64,000 nt of DNA. Source: Cryomorphaceae bacterium (GTDB lineage: Bacteria; Bacteroidota; Bacteroidia; Flavobacteriales_D; Sanyastnellaceae). The notes under the pieces are model-generated. The model ran no database searches. It was not told the DNA's origin and saw nothing but the letters and a program-made list of their open reading frames with translations. The number at the start of each line of letters is the position of its first letter. Positions within the stretch are counted from its first letter, which is position 1. Position numbers and translations under genes: made by a program. The stretch spans positions 20,118 to 84,117 of the forward strand of contig WGNM01000005.1 of the NCBI GenBank assembly GCA_016124575.1, written 5' to 3'. Positions 36,569 to 45,479 of the stretch are shown piece by piece.

Positions 36569-36632
36569 CACCTCCAAATCACCGTTTTAATCACCCTACC
36601 TTCATCTCAATTGATCATTTTCATTGCAAAAA
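36569..36632 (+). repeat. Repeat family R1, copy c
   Basis: CACCTCCAAATCACC..TTAATCACCC, then the core TCAATTGATCATTTTCATTGCAAAAA (36607-36632). Confidence 0.75.
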
Positions 36633-36890
36633 GACGCTCTTTCACAACCTATATAATTTCGGTAAATGCCTACCCAATGCACCCGCGAAAATGCTATTTT
36701 CATTGCTAACAGGATATCGATATCGAATTTATTGAGCCTTCGTTTTTAGCTTTCTCGGTGGCGTTTTTCATGCAGTGAAAATAGATATCTAAAGTTTCAA
36801 TTTTAAGGGTTCATGGTGACCTAATATCAATGTTTTGGATCATGTATCTTTGAACCAAAGTAATTTGATCCTTCAATCCATCGCTGAATC

Positions 36891-37964
36891 ATGGCCTCTG
36901 TCAAACCATTGATCTTTTTAGTAATCCTCTTAAATCTGTCGGTTTCCTGCGCGCAATCTACATCCAACAAGGAGGGGAGCACTGTTGCTGAAACAAGAAG
37001 CATTGCGAAGTCAGGGGCGGTATCCGATACGCTGAAGTTCACCTCAGACATCCGTTCCATATTTCAAGATAGCAAAGGGAATTATTGGTTGGGCAGCCAC
37101 CAAGAAGGGGTGTGCATGTTCGATGGTACATCATTCAGATACTTCACAGTAAACGAGGGTTTGACAGACCAACAGGTGCGTGCAATTCAAGAAGATGCTT
37201 TTGGAAACATGTGGTTCGACACAGCCAATGGTGCAAGCATGTACGATGGTGCAAAGTTTACGAACTATCCGTCCGACGCGAATAACCCTCAATCGGAGTG
37301 GAAGGTAAGTGCCGAAAACTTGTGGTTCAATGCGGGCGTGAATGAAGGGGTTCGTGTGTTCGATGGTGAGCGAATGAACTACTTTTCTTTCTCGAAAACA
37401 GCGAGTGTTGAACCGTTTTCGGCTCATCAGGTAACCGGTATTTCAAAAGGGGTTGATGGAAAAGTATGGATAGCAACATACGATGATTTGTTCTGCTTCG
37501 ATGGGGAGAAACTTTCCATGCTCGATGGACTTTCTGCGGTATTTCTAGAAGGTGATTATTTGCACATTCGCAGTGTGCTGGCTGATTCAAAAGGCAGGTT
37601 GTGGATTGGGAACAATGGAATTGGTGTTCTCCTTCATTATGGGGAGAAAACGGTTAACTTTTCTGATGAAATGGGATTGATTGATGCTGAGAGCAAGCGA
37701 GATGGCGACAAATCTCCAAGTGGAACGTTAGAACATGTCTTTGCAATTCATGAAGATGCAGTAGGTAACATCTGGTTTTCCGATAGAGATACAGGTGTTT
37801 GGAGGTTTGATGGTGAAAAGATGTCCAACTACACAATTAGCGCACAGACTTCAAATCCAATGGTGTGGTGCATCTATTCCGACAGCAATGGCAATTTGCT
37901 TTTCGGCGCAGCAGATGGAAATGTATACAAATTCAATGGTGATTCGTTCAGTGTGTTTTTCTGA
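36891..37964 (+). CDS. Lipoprotein with two-component-regulator propeller (Reg_prop) repeats
   Basis: Lipobox LSVSCAQ and repeated D..GN.W.G...G...FDG units. It is a paralogue of 40678..41766. Confidence 0.75.
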   Translation: MASVKPLIFLVILLNLSVSCAQSTSNKEGSTVAETRSIAKSGAVSDTLKFTSDIRSIFQDSKGNYWLGSHQEGVCMFDGTSFRYFTVNEGLTDQQVRAIQEDAFGNMWFDTANGASMYDGAKFTNYPSDANNPQSEWKVSAENLWFNAGVNEGVRVFDGERMNYFSFSKTASVEPFSAHQVTGISKGVDGKVWIATYDDLFCFDGEKLSMLDGLSAVFLEGDYLHIRSVLADSKGRLWIGNNGIGVLLHYGEKTVNFSDEMGLIDAESKRDGDKSPSGTLEHVFAIHEDAVGNIWFSDRDTGVWRFDGEKMSNYTISAQTSNPMVWCIYSDSNGNLLFGAADGNVYKFNGDSFSVFF

Positions 37965-38137
37965 ATCGTTGAACGACTGAATTGGCTTTTTTCGAGTTGT
38001 TGCGGTGATAAGTTGAAGAGTTGGTTTGCTTCGCTGTGGTTCGTTTTAAACCTTTTCTAAGTTCTTGGGTCAATATTTAAATAACAATGTATTTTCATTC
38101 CGTATGACAAATCAAAAATCACTCACTGTCGCGTCTT

Positions 38138-39283
38138 TTGTGCCTCAGTATCTTTTCGTGTTCAAAAAATGAAGCGGTTGATCCTGCCGAATGCGCTGCA
38201 GACCGAGTTTTGAACTTGCCTGAATCACCTTATGATTATGCAAATCTTGATTTGCCGGAGTATTTTACAACAAATGTCGTCGGACAACCACTGCCGACGT
38301 CTGTTGAAGGAATCGACAATACACCTTTTGACAACCCCATTACCAATGAAGGGGCTACTCTCGGGAGGGTTTTGTTTTACGATAACTTGCTGAGCGCTAA
38401 TGGAACGGTGTCTTGTTCATCGTGCCACAGACAAGAAAAAAGTTTTTCTGATGACGCGATCTTGAGTTTTGGGTTCGAAGGCGGAACAACCGGCAGGCAT
38501 TCAATGACGCTGATCAATGCGCGTTATTATCAACGTGGAAGGTTTTTTTGGGATGAGCGAGCTGCTACCTTGGAAGAGCAGGTGTTGATGCCGTTTCAAG
38601 ACCCTGTGGAGATGGGGATGACGCTGGATCAGGTGGTAAGTAAAGCACAAGGACAATCTTTTTATCCCGCGTTGTTTCAAGCAGCGTTCGGAACCGAAGA
38701 AATCACATCGGAAAAAATAGCAAAAGCGTTGGCGCAGTTTGTCCGCAGCATTGTCAGCTTCTCAAGCAAATATGATGAGGGGAGGGCCCTTGCACCAAAC
38801 CCCGGTGCTGATTTCGCAAACTTCACATCGGAGGAGAATCTAGGTAAAACTTTGTTCTTTCAACCCATCGCTAACGGCGGGGGAGGGTGTTTCGGATGCC
38901 ATACTACAGAAGCATTTGTGAGCGCCAATCCGGGGCCACAAAACAACGGACTCGATGAGAGTACAACCGATGTGGGGGCTGGTGCGGTATTTCCAAATCC
39001 CATTTTCGAAGGGCGTTTTAAGACATCGACATTGCGAAACATCGAACTAACAGCTCCTTTTATGCACGATGGCAGATTTGCTACTTTAGAGGAGGTGGTT
39101 GAACATTACAATAGCGGAATTCAAGCGCATCCAACCCTTTCTCCTGCGTTAGCAGATGAATTCGGCAATCCGATTCAAATGAATTTCGACGATTCTGAAA
39201 AGGCGGCTTTGGTAGCTTTTATGAAAACACTCACCGACCAGACCATAAGCACCGATGTAAGATGGAGCAATCCGTTTGAGTGA
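38138..39283 (+). CDS. Di-haem cytochrome c peroxidase (CCP/MauG family); the 5' end is uncertain
   Basis: Two CxxCH motifs (CSSCH, CFGCH) plus the conserved blocks FYDNLLS, FWDERA, PF.DP.EMG, TLRN and PFMHDG. See the finding on the start region. Confidence 0.88.
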   Translation: MCLSIFSCSKNEAVDPAECAADRVLNLPESPYDYANLDLPEYFTTNVVGQPLPTSVEGIDNTPFDNPITNEGATLGRVLFYDNLLSANGTVSCSSCHRQEKSFSDDAILSFGFEGGTTGRHSMTLINARYYQRGRFFWDERAATLEEQVLMPFQDPVEMGMTLDQVVSKAQGQSFYPALFQAAFGTEEITSEKIAKALAQFVRSIVSFSSKYDEGRALAPNPGADFANFTSEENLGKTLFFQPIANGGGGCFGCHTTEAFVSANPGPQNNGLDESTTDVGAGAVFPNPIFEGRFKTSTLRNIELTAPFMHDGRFATLEEVVEHYNSGIQAHPTLSPALADEFGNPIQMNFDDSEKAALVAFMKTLTDQTISTDVRWSNPFE

Positions 39284-39497
39284 GAATATGACTGATTCTT
39301 CCGAACCCATTTCTCAAGGCACTCTGCATTTAATGCACAATCTGGGATGAGAGTCCCCAAAAGAAAAAACTACTTCGTTTCAAATTATTCACTTCGAATT
39401 ACGTTACAGAAAGTCTAATTTTCCGAATTTGATTGCTGATTTATATGCATACGGAAGAAATAATAGTGCGCATATTTGTGGCTCAATTCTTTAACCA

Positions 39498-39913
39498 ATG
39501 GACACTTCAAAAATCACGGTAAGAGCAACCATCTGCGCTGATGCGCAAAAAGTGTGGGACAGCTACACAAACCCTGAACACATCATAAATTGGAACTTCG
39601 CTGACGCTAGCTGGCATTGTCCACATGCTGAAAACGACATGCGGATAGGCGGCGTTTACAATGCCCGAATGGAAGCCAAAGACGGTAGCTTCGGCTTCAA
39701 TTTCGAAGCGGTATATACGAAATCAAAGTAGGAGAGAGCTTTGCGTATGAATTTGGCGGACGAGGAGCTGTTGTTCAATTCAATAAAATAGGAGAGCATA
39801 CAGAAGTTGTCGTTTCTTTCGATCCGGAACATGAAAATCCGCTTGAAATGCAGCAAGCTGGATGGCAGGCTATTTTGAACAATTTCAAGCAGTACACAGA
39901 ATCTCTTGCTTAA
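39498..39913 (+). pseudogene. SRPBCC/AHSA1-family gene interrupted by a 1-nt frameshift near 39719
   Basis: Frame 1 (39498-39731) encodes the N-terminal half and stops at TAG. The next frame continues without a stop from about 39719 to the TAA at 39911-39913, reading EIKVGESFAYEFGGRGAVVQFNKIGEHTEVVVSFDPEHENPLEMQQAGWQAILNNFKQYTESLA, a typical AHSA1-domain C-terminus. Confidence 0.8.
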
Positions 39914-39967
39914 CAAATGCTCCGCATGGTATCTTCTGTGAATGATTGTCTATAAAATTAAAGATCG

Positions 39968-40390
39968 ATGAAGAATCAAATCTATCCTTGTCTGTGGTTC
40001 GACGGACAAGCCAAAGCTGCCGCTGAGTTCTACTGCTCGGTATTTAAAAATGCTAAAATCATCGACGAAAATCCGATGGTGGTGCGGTGGGAGATCAACG
40101 GACAGGTGTTTATGGGGCTAAATGGTGGTCCAATGTTCAAGTTCTCTCCGGCCAATTCCTACGTAATTGAATGCGACACCCAAGAGGAGATTGACCATTA
40201 TTGGGATCAACTCGGCAGTGGTGGTGCGCACGGTCAATGCGGTTGGCTTGACGATCAGTTCGGCGTTTCGTGGCAAATCATTCCGAGGATATTGGGGCAG
40301 CTTGTTGCTGATCCAGAGCGCGGACAACGGGTGGTAGCAGCTTTTATGAAAATGAAAAAATTCGATATCGAAACGCTTTTGAACGCTTAG
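39968..40390 (+). CDS. VOC-superfamily protein (PhnB / 3-demethylubiquinone-9 3-methyltransferase-domain type)
   Basis: IYPCLWFDGQAKAAAEFYCSVFKNAKI ... GWLDDQFGVSWQI is typical of PF06983-type VOC proteins. Confidence 0.8.
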   Translation: MKNQIYPCLWFDGQAKAAAEFYCSVFKNAKIIDENPMVVRWEINGQVFMGLNGGPMFKFSPANSYVIECDTQEEIDHYWDQLGSGGAHGQCGWLDDQFGVSWQIIPRILGQLVADPERGQRVVAAFMKMKKFDIETLLNA

Positions 40391-40677
40391 CGGATGTCGA
40401 CAGGCTTAAGCCTTACTGACTGTTTATTGTTGTAATAGGATTAAATATTTGAATATCAATTAGATGTGACTAATTAATTCACTTTTCGTGATTTGATATT
40501 GGACCCTTCTTGAGCTACAATGACAAGTAGAAGTCCTCGTCCGACAAAAGTGAAATTCATGAGATGCAGCATCGCAAACTGTTGTTTGCAGGATTTAACG
40601 TTTGATGAATACGACACGAGCCAGACAATCGCTACTTTCCCTCTTGCTACCTAACAACATCCTAAACCACATTTCTT

Positions 40678-41766
40678 ATGAGCGTAAAAATCTGCTTGTT
40701 TTTTAGTCTGCTAGCCATTCTTTCGTCGTGCAAAAGTCAACCCGTAAACAACGGAGGTAATACCGATGAAAAGGGGGCGCAAGTGGCTTTTGGCGACACC
40801 GTAAATCAACTGAGTGATCAGCTCTGGTATGCGTTTCAAGATTCCCGAAACAATTACTGGTTTGGCAGCAACGGAGAAGGGGTGTATTGTTACGATGGCC
40901 AAGCAATTTTGAACTTCACAACAAAACATGGACTATCGAACGACACCATACGACAGATCCAAGAGGATAAAAAGGGAAACATGTTCTTCTCAACGATGCA
41001 GGGGGTGAGCAAATATGACGGACAAAAATTCACCGACCTGCAGGCGATAGAAAGCACAGATTGGAAGCTGGAAGACGATGATTTGTGGTTCTTTATCTTA
41101 GGCAAAAGTCACGAACAAGGAACTTATCGTTATGACGGAGAAAATCTATACCATTTGCAGTTTCCCAAGCATTACCTTCATGAGGAGCTTATGGAGCGGG
41201 TTGCTGGTACTTTTTTTAGTCCGTACGAAGTTTATAGCATTTACAAAGATCGCACGGGTGCAATGTGGTTCGGCACCTCCTTTTTTGGAGCTTGCAGGTT
41301 CGATGGACAATCCATTAAATGGATGTACGAAAACGATTTAACGATTACACCGCATGGTGGCACCTTTGGCATTCGCTCGGTCTTTGAAGACAGAGAAGGG
41401 TCATTCTGGATTTGCAACACCTTGAATCGCTATGTGTTCGACTTTGAAAAAACCCAGGAGAGCGACAGATTGCAATATGAAAAGATCAAAGGAATTGGAA
41501 ATGCGGAGCTTTTAGATGGTGAAGATTACATCTACTATTCGCACATTCTAGAAGATAGTGAAGGCAGTATTTGGCTAACAACCTGGCAACTTGGTGTCTA
41601 TAAATTCGATGGTGTCAACATCACGAATTATAAAGTGAAAGATAATGGGGTCGATGTAAATCTAGTCTCGATGCACAAAGACAAAAATGGCAACCTTTGG
41701 CTAGGCACTCCGAACAATGGTGTCTTTAAGTTCAACGGCGCTTCATTTGAGAGATTTGTCCCATAA
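40678..41766 (+). CDS. Lipoprotein with two-component-regulator propeller (Reg_prop) repeats
   Basis: Lipobox LSSCKS. It aligns by eye with 36891..37964 (NYWFGSNGEGVYCYDG / NYWLGSHQEGVCMFDG; IRQIQEDKKGNMFF / VRAIQEDAFGNMWF). Confidence 0.75.
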   Translation: MSVKICLFFSLLAILSSCKSQPVNNGGNTDEKGAQVAFGDTVNQLSDQLWYAFQDSRNNYWFGSNGEGVYCYDGQAILNFTTKHGLSNDTIRQIQEDKKGNMFFSTMQGVSKYDGQKFTDLQAIESTDWKLEDDDLWFFILGKSHEQGTYRYDGENLYHLQFPKHYLHEELMERVAGTFFSPYEVYSIYKDRTGAMWFGTSFFGACRFDGQSIKWMYENDLTITPHGGTFGIRSVFEDREGSFWICNTLNRYVFDFEKTQESDRLQYEKIKGIGNAELLDGEDYIYYSHILEDSEGSIWLTTWQLGVYKFDGVNITNYKVKDNGVDVNLVSMHKDKNGNLWLGTPNNGVFKFNGASFERFVP

Positions 41767-41921
41767 ACCAACCTCAATGTTCTTTCGTAATAAGAAATAA
41801 TCCATTCAACTGAGTGTTACCTGCAAGCTTAACGATACTCAATAAAATTAAATCGACCGAAGATGTCCTATTTCTTTGACGTCAATCGTCATAGGTTTAT
41901 CACAATTAAAAAATAGAATTT

Positions 41922-42266
41922 ATGAGAGAATTTATGATGATTTTCAGAAATGAAAAAAACGACCAACCAATGCCATCGCCTGAACAAATGCAGCAAATGG
42001 TAAAACAGTGGAATGATTGGATTGGTGGTATTGCAGCACAAGGAAAATTTGTAGCTACTAATGCTTTAGGTTATGAAGGGCAAACAGTTTCCTCAAATGG
42101 TGTGATAAGTGATGGGCCTTATGCAGAAGTGAAAGAAATTGTAGGTGGTTACATCATCGTAAAAGCCGACAACCTAAAAGATGCCGTAAAATTAAGTGAA
42201 GGTTGCCCAACACTTGCAACAGGTGGAAAAGTTGAAATTCGTGATATAATGGTTTTTAATATGTAA
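41922..42266 (+). CDS. YciI-family (DGPF-domain) protein
   Basis: MIFRNEK...PSPEQMQQMVKQWNDWIGGI...DGPYAEVKEIVGGYIIVKADNLKDAVKLSEGCP...GGKVEIRDI. Confidence 0.85.
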   Translation: MREFMMIFRNEKNDQPMPSPEQMQQMVKQWNDWIGGIAAQGKFVATNALGYEGQTVSSNGVISDGPYAEVKEIVGGYIIVKADNLKDAVKLSEGCPTLATGGKVEIRDIMVFNM

Positions 42267-42276
42267 TCGCTGAGAG

Positions 42277-42780
42277 ATGACAAAACTATTAAGTCCAAAA
42301 CAACTCGACCAGAGTGTAGTCATTAATGTGCCAAGCGAAAAAGCTTGGCATATTTTTAACGACCTATCCTTACGTCCAAAATGGACGTGTGACGTTCAAA
42401 AAATTCATTTTTCAAATCAAATGACTACTGTTGGCGACGTGGCTGTTACTGAATGCATTGTAAATGGCAAATCGGGTAAGTTGACAACCCGTTGTGTTGA
42501 TTTAAAGCCACCATACCGAGGAGAATTTATTGTTGAAAAAGAAACTTTTGGTTTCAGCAAAATGCTCAAGGATATAAGTTTTGCAGTTGATTTTAAATCC
42601 TTGGGCGAAAACAAAACCCAAATCACTATGCAATCTCACTACCAACCGAAAAACTCCCTTGTAAAACTAATGAACAGATTCATTCAAAAGAAAATGGGCA
42701 AGGAAGTGGATTTGATGATGAATGGTCTGAAAGTGTTTATGGAGACAGGTCAGGCAAATCCGTTAAACCCTATCAACTGA
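42277..42780 (+). CDS. SRPBCC-family (polyketide cyclase/START-like) protein
   Basis: 167 aa with the helix-grip pattern (VINVPSEKAWHIFNDLSLRPKW...). It starts 10 nt after the YciI gene. Confidence 0.7.
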   Translation: MTKLLSPKQLDQSVVINVPSEKAWHIFNDLSLRPKWTCDVQKIHFSNQMTTVGDVAVTECIVNGKSGKLTTRCVDLKPPYRGEFIVEKETFGFSKMLKDISFAVDFKSLGENKTQITMQSHYQPKNSLVKLMNRFIQKKMGKEVDLMMNGLKVFMETGQANPLNPIN

Positions 42781-42787
42781 TAACTTG

Positions 42788-43510
42788 ATGAACTATTTTA
42801 CGCAAAACAGCATCGATTTTTTCAATGAACTTGAGAAAAATAATTCCAAAGAATGGTTCGATGAAAATAGAAAACGCTTTGAAACCTCAATACGAAAACC
42901 AATGCTAAATTTGGTCGAAGATGTAATTAAGGAAATGAAAAAACACGACTCGGAATTTGACCAAGATGCCAAAAAATGTCTTGGTCGCATCAATAGAGAT
43001 ATTCGGTTTTCAGATGACAAAACACCTTACAACACCCACTTTTTTGCCAATATTAGCAAAGGCACAAAAGAAAACCCTATTGCAGGCATCGCCTTTCGAA
43101 TTGGTGGACAAGATTTCGGAATTATGTCAGGCTATTATCAGCCTTCAAAAGAAAAACATGCAGATATCCGAGAAAAAATAATAGATAATCTACCTGAATT
43201 CCAATTATTGAAATCGGACAAAGCCTTCGTTGAAAAATTCGATACTATTCAAGGCGTGGCATACAAAAGAATTCCACCAGAATTACAATATACATTTGAA
43301 AAAGAAGTGTTGATTGCCAATAAACAATTTTACTATGTTGCAGAAAAAGACAAAAAATTTGTGTTATCAGAAAATCTTAAAGAACACATTATCCCATATT
43401 GGCTTGCTGCAAAACCTTTGAACGATTTTTTTGATTTATGTCTAGATGGGAATAGAGGAAATACAAGACCATATCAAAACAGTTCTATCAGAAAAGCAAG
43501 TGTCCTTTGA
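42788..43510 (+). CDS. DUF2461 (TIGR02453) family protein
   Basis: FFNELEKNNSKEWFDENRKRFE ... RINRDIRFSDDKTPYNTHF is the signature of this family. Confidence 0.82.
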   Translation: MNYFTQNSIDFFNELEKNNSKEWFDENRKRFETSIRKPMLNLVEDVIKEMKKHDSEFDQDAKKCLGRINRDIRFSDDKTPYNTHFFANISKGTKENPIAGIAFRIGGQDFGIMSGYYQPSKEKHADIREKIIDNLPEFQLLKSDKAFVEKFDTIQGVAYKRIPPELQYTFEKEVLIANKQFYYVAEKDKKFVLSENLKEHIIPYWLAAKPLNDFFDLCLDGNRGNTRPYQNSSIRKASVL

Positions 43511-43793
43511 AATCAAGAAAATGTTCGGAGGGCATTGTTTTATGGTTGGTAACAAGATGTGCGTTGGCGTTTACAAACCAAAGAAAGCAATGCAACCAAG
43601 GTTAATTGCCCGAATTGGCGAACACTTTTATGAAACAGCTTTGAAGCAACCCTTTTGCTCGGCATTTGACCTTACAGGAAAGCAAATGAAAGGTTTTGTA
43701 TTCATCGAAAATGATGGTTTTGAAAACCCGAAAGATTTGGTTTTTTGGATAGAAAAATGCCTTAATTTCAATCTAATATTAAAAAGTGAATAA
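43446..43793 (+). CDS. TfoX/Sxy N-terminal-domain protein
   Basis: KKMFGGHCFMVGNKMCVGVY is the core TfoX_N motif. The annotated ATG overlaps the DUF2461 gene by 65 nt. Confidence 0.75.
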   Translation: MGIEEIQDHIKTVLSEKQVSFEIKKMFGGHCFMVGNKMCVGVYKPKKAMQPRLIARIGEHFYETALKQPFCSAFDLTGKQMKGFVFIENDGFENPKDLVFWIEKCLNFNLILKSE

Positions 43794-43810
43794 ATAAGAA
43801 AGCACTTCAA

Positions 43811-45043
43811 TTGGACAAAAATGAACTCATACCGAATTTATTCAGAATTGAATACAGCAAAATTGTTGCGGTACTTTGCAAGCGGTATGGATTGGCAAGT
43901 ATTGAACTTGCGGAAGATTTTGTAAGTGATTCTTTCTTGAAAGCTGCTGAAACTTGGAAATTAAAAGGAATACCAGACAATCCATCGGCTTGGTTGTATA
44001 CTGTTTCAAAAAACAATGCAAAGGATTATTTTAAGAGGAATGACCATTTTCATTCCCAAATCGCTATGGAACTAAGTCGCCAAATCGAATTTGAAATTTT
44101 TGAAATCGACCTTTCTGAAGATAACATTCAGGATAGCCAATTGAAAATGTTGTTTGCAGTTTGCAACCCAATAAACACCAATGAATCGCAAATTACACTT
44201 GCACTAAGGATACTATGCGGATTTGGCATTGAGGAAATTGCCAATGCACTTTTAACTAATAAACAAACTATCAATAAAAGGATTTCTCGAGCAAAAGAAA
44301 GGTTAAGGACTGGTAAAATTGAAATATTGTTTCCATCGAGTAATGAATTAAGTGAAAGATTAGACAATGTACTACACATTCTTTATTTGCTTTTTAACGA
44401 AGGCTATTATTCTTCCACGGCTTCAACAACGGTTAGTAAAGATTTATGTTTCGAGGCAATGCGAATGCTTTACATTTTAACCAAAAACGACAAAACAAAT
44501 CTGCCCAAAACAAATGCATTGATGGCATTGTTCTGTTTTCATACTTCAAGATTTGATGCACGGATAGACCAATTTGGTCAACAGATTTTATACGACAATC
44601 AAGACAGGACAAAATGGAATTTCGAACTTATCGCAAAAGGTGAATGCTATCTTGAAAAGTCTGCATGTGGAAATCAAATTACCAAATATCATTTGGAAAC
44701 TTTGATATCATTTTGGCACACTCGAATTGAATTTGACCCAAAAGTAAAATGGGATAGCATACTGCAATTGTACAACAGACTTTTGCAAATCGAGTATTCT
44801 CCTGTTACAGCACTTAACAGAACGTATGCTTTGTCAATGGCACAAGGAAAAGAAATAGCGTTAAAAGAGGCGTTAAAAATTGAATTGAGCAACAATCATC
44901 TTTATCATTCATTGTTGGCAGAATTGTTTAATGGTTTAAATCAGAAAAAGCAAATTAAGCATCTTAAAATCGCATTGACACTAACGAATAATGAAAACGA
45001 CAAGAGTATATTAAACGACAGACTAACAAAAGCCAGCAGGTAA
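43811..45043 (+). CDS. ECF-like sigma factor with a long C-terminal domain (COG4941 / SigJ-like type)
   Basis: 410 aa. A sigma-2-like region (NPSAWLYTVSKNNAKDYFKR) and a region 4 HTH (GFGIEEIANALLTNKQTINKRISRAKERL) are followed by about 230 aa of helical extension. The YciI-family neighbour is typical for this class. The start codon is TTG. Confidence 0.78.
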   Translation: MDKNELIPNLFRIEYSKIVAVLCKRYGLASIELAEDFVSDSFLKAAETWKLKGIPDNPSAWLYTVSKNNAKDYFKRNDHFHSQIAMELSRQIEFEIFEIDLSEDNIQDSQLKMLFAVCNPINTNESQITLALRILCGFGIEEIANALLTNKQTINKRISRAKERLRTGKIEILFPSSNELSERLDNVLHILYLLFNEGYYSSTASTTVSKDLCFEAMRMLYILTKNDKTNLPKTNALMALFCFHTSRFDARIDQFGQQILYDNQDRTKWNFELIAKGECYLEKSACGNQITKYHLETLISFWHTRIEFDPKVKWDSILQLYNRLLQIEYSPVTALNRTYALSMAQGKEIALKEALKIELSNNHLYHSLLAELFNGLNQKKQIKHLKIALTLTNNENDKSILNDRLTKASR

Positions 45044-45479
45044 CAGCAGTTGCAAGAAATGCCGAAAAAAGTTCAAAGTTCACGTTTATCTTTCGCAAGA
45101 CATTTTTTTTTACCAGAAAATATTCAGTTCCGAAGTTCGCCACTTCTTGTAGCTGCGACACGTTGGTTTGTTGTCATTGGCGGTGAGATTCAAGTAAAGT
45201 ACAACTCCTAAGTTCAGAAAGGAACGCAAAGATCATCGCTGTCGTTCTTCCCTGTAAAGCAATCGGGAAGTCGATTTTGGCCTTTTGCTCACTCCTGCTT
45301 CCTTGCTGCGGCAAGTGCCCATTGAATGGGTAAATGGTTTTGGTGGTTTTTCTATCGCCTGAGTTGAATTCAACCATCTATTCACAATCAACTTTCCCTT
45401 CAATCTAACTATCTTTCATTCAAGGTGGCTGAATTATTGTTGTAGAAGCAGCTAAATCAATCATCTTGATGTTGTCCAA

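Noticed and set aside
40520-40663. A 47-aa Cys-containing ORF (MTSRSPRPTKVKFMRCSIANCCLQDLTFDEY...) in the spacer upstream of the second propeller gene, considered as a RiPP-like precursor.
   Set aside because: There are no adjacent modification enzymes or transporter, no recognisable leader/core pattern, and no ribosome-binding or promoter evidence. It is indistinguishable from a chance ORF.
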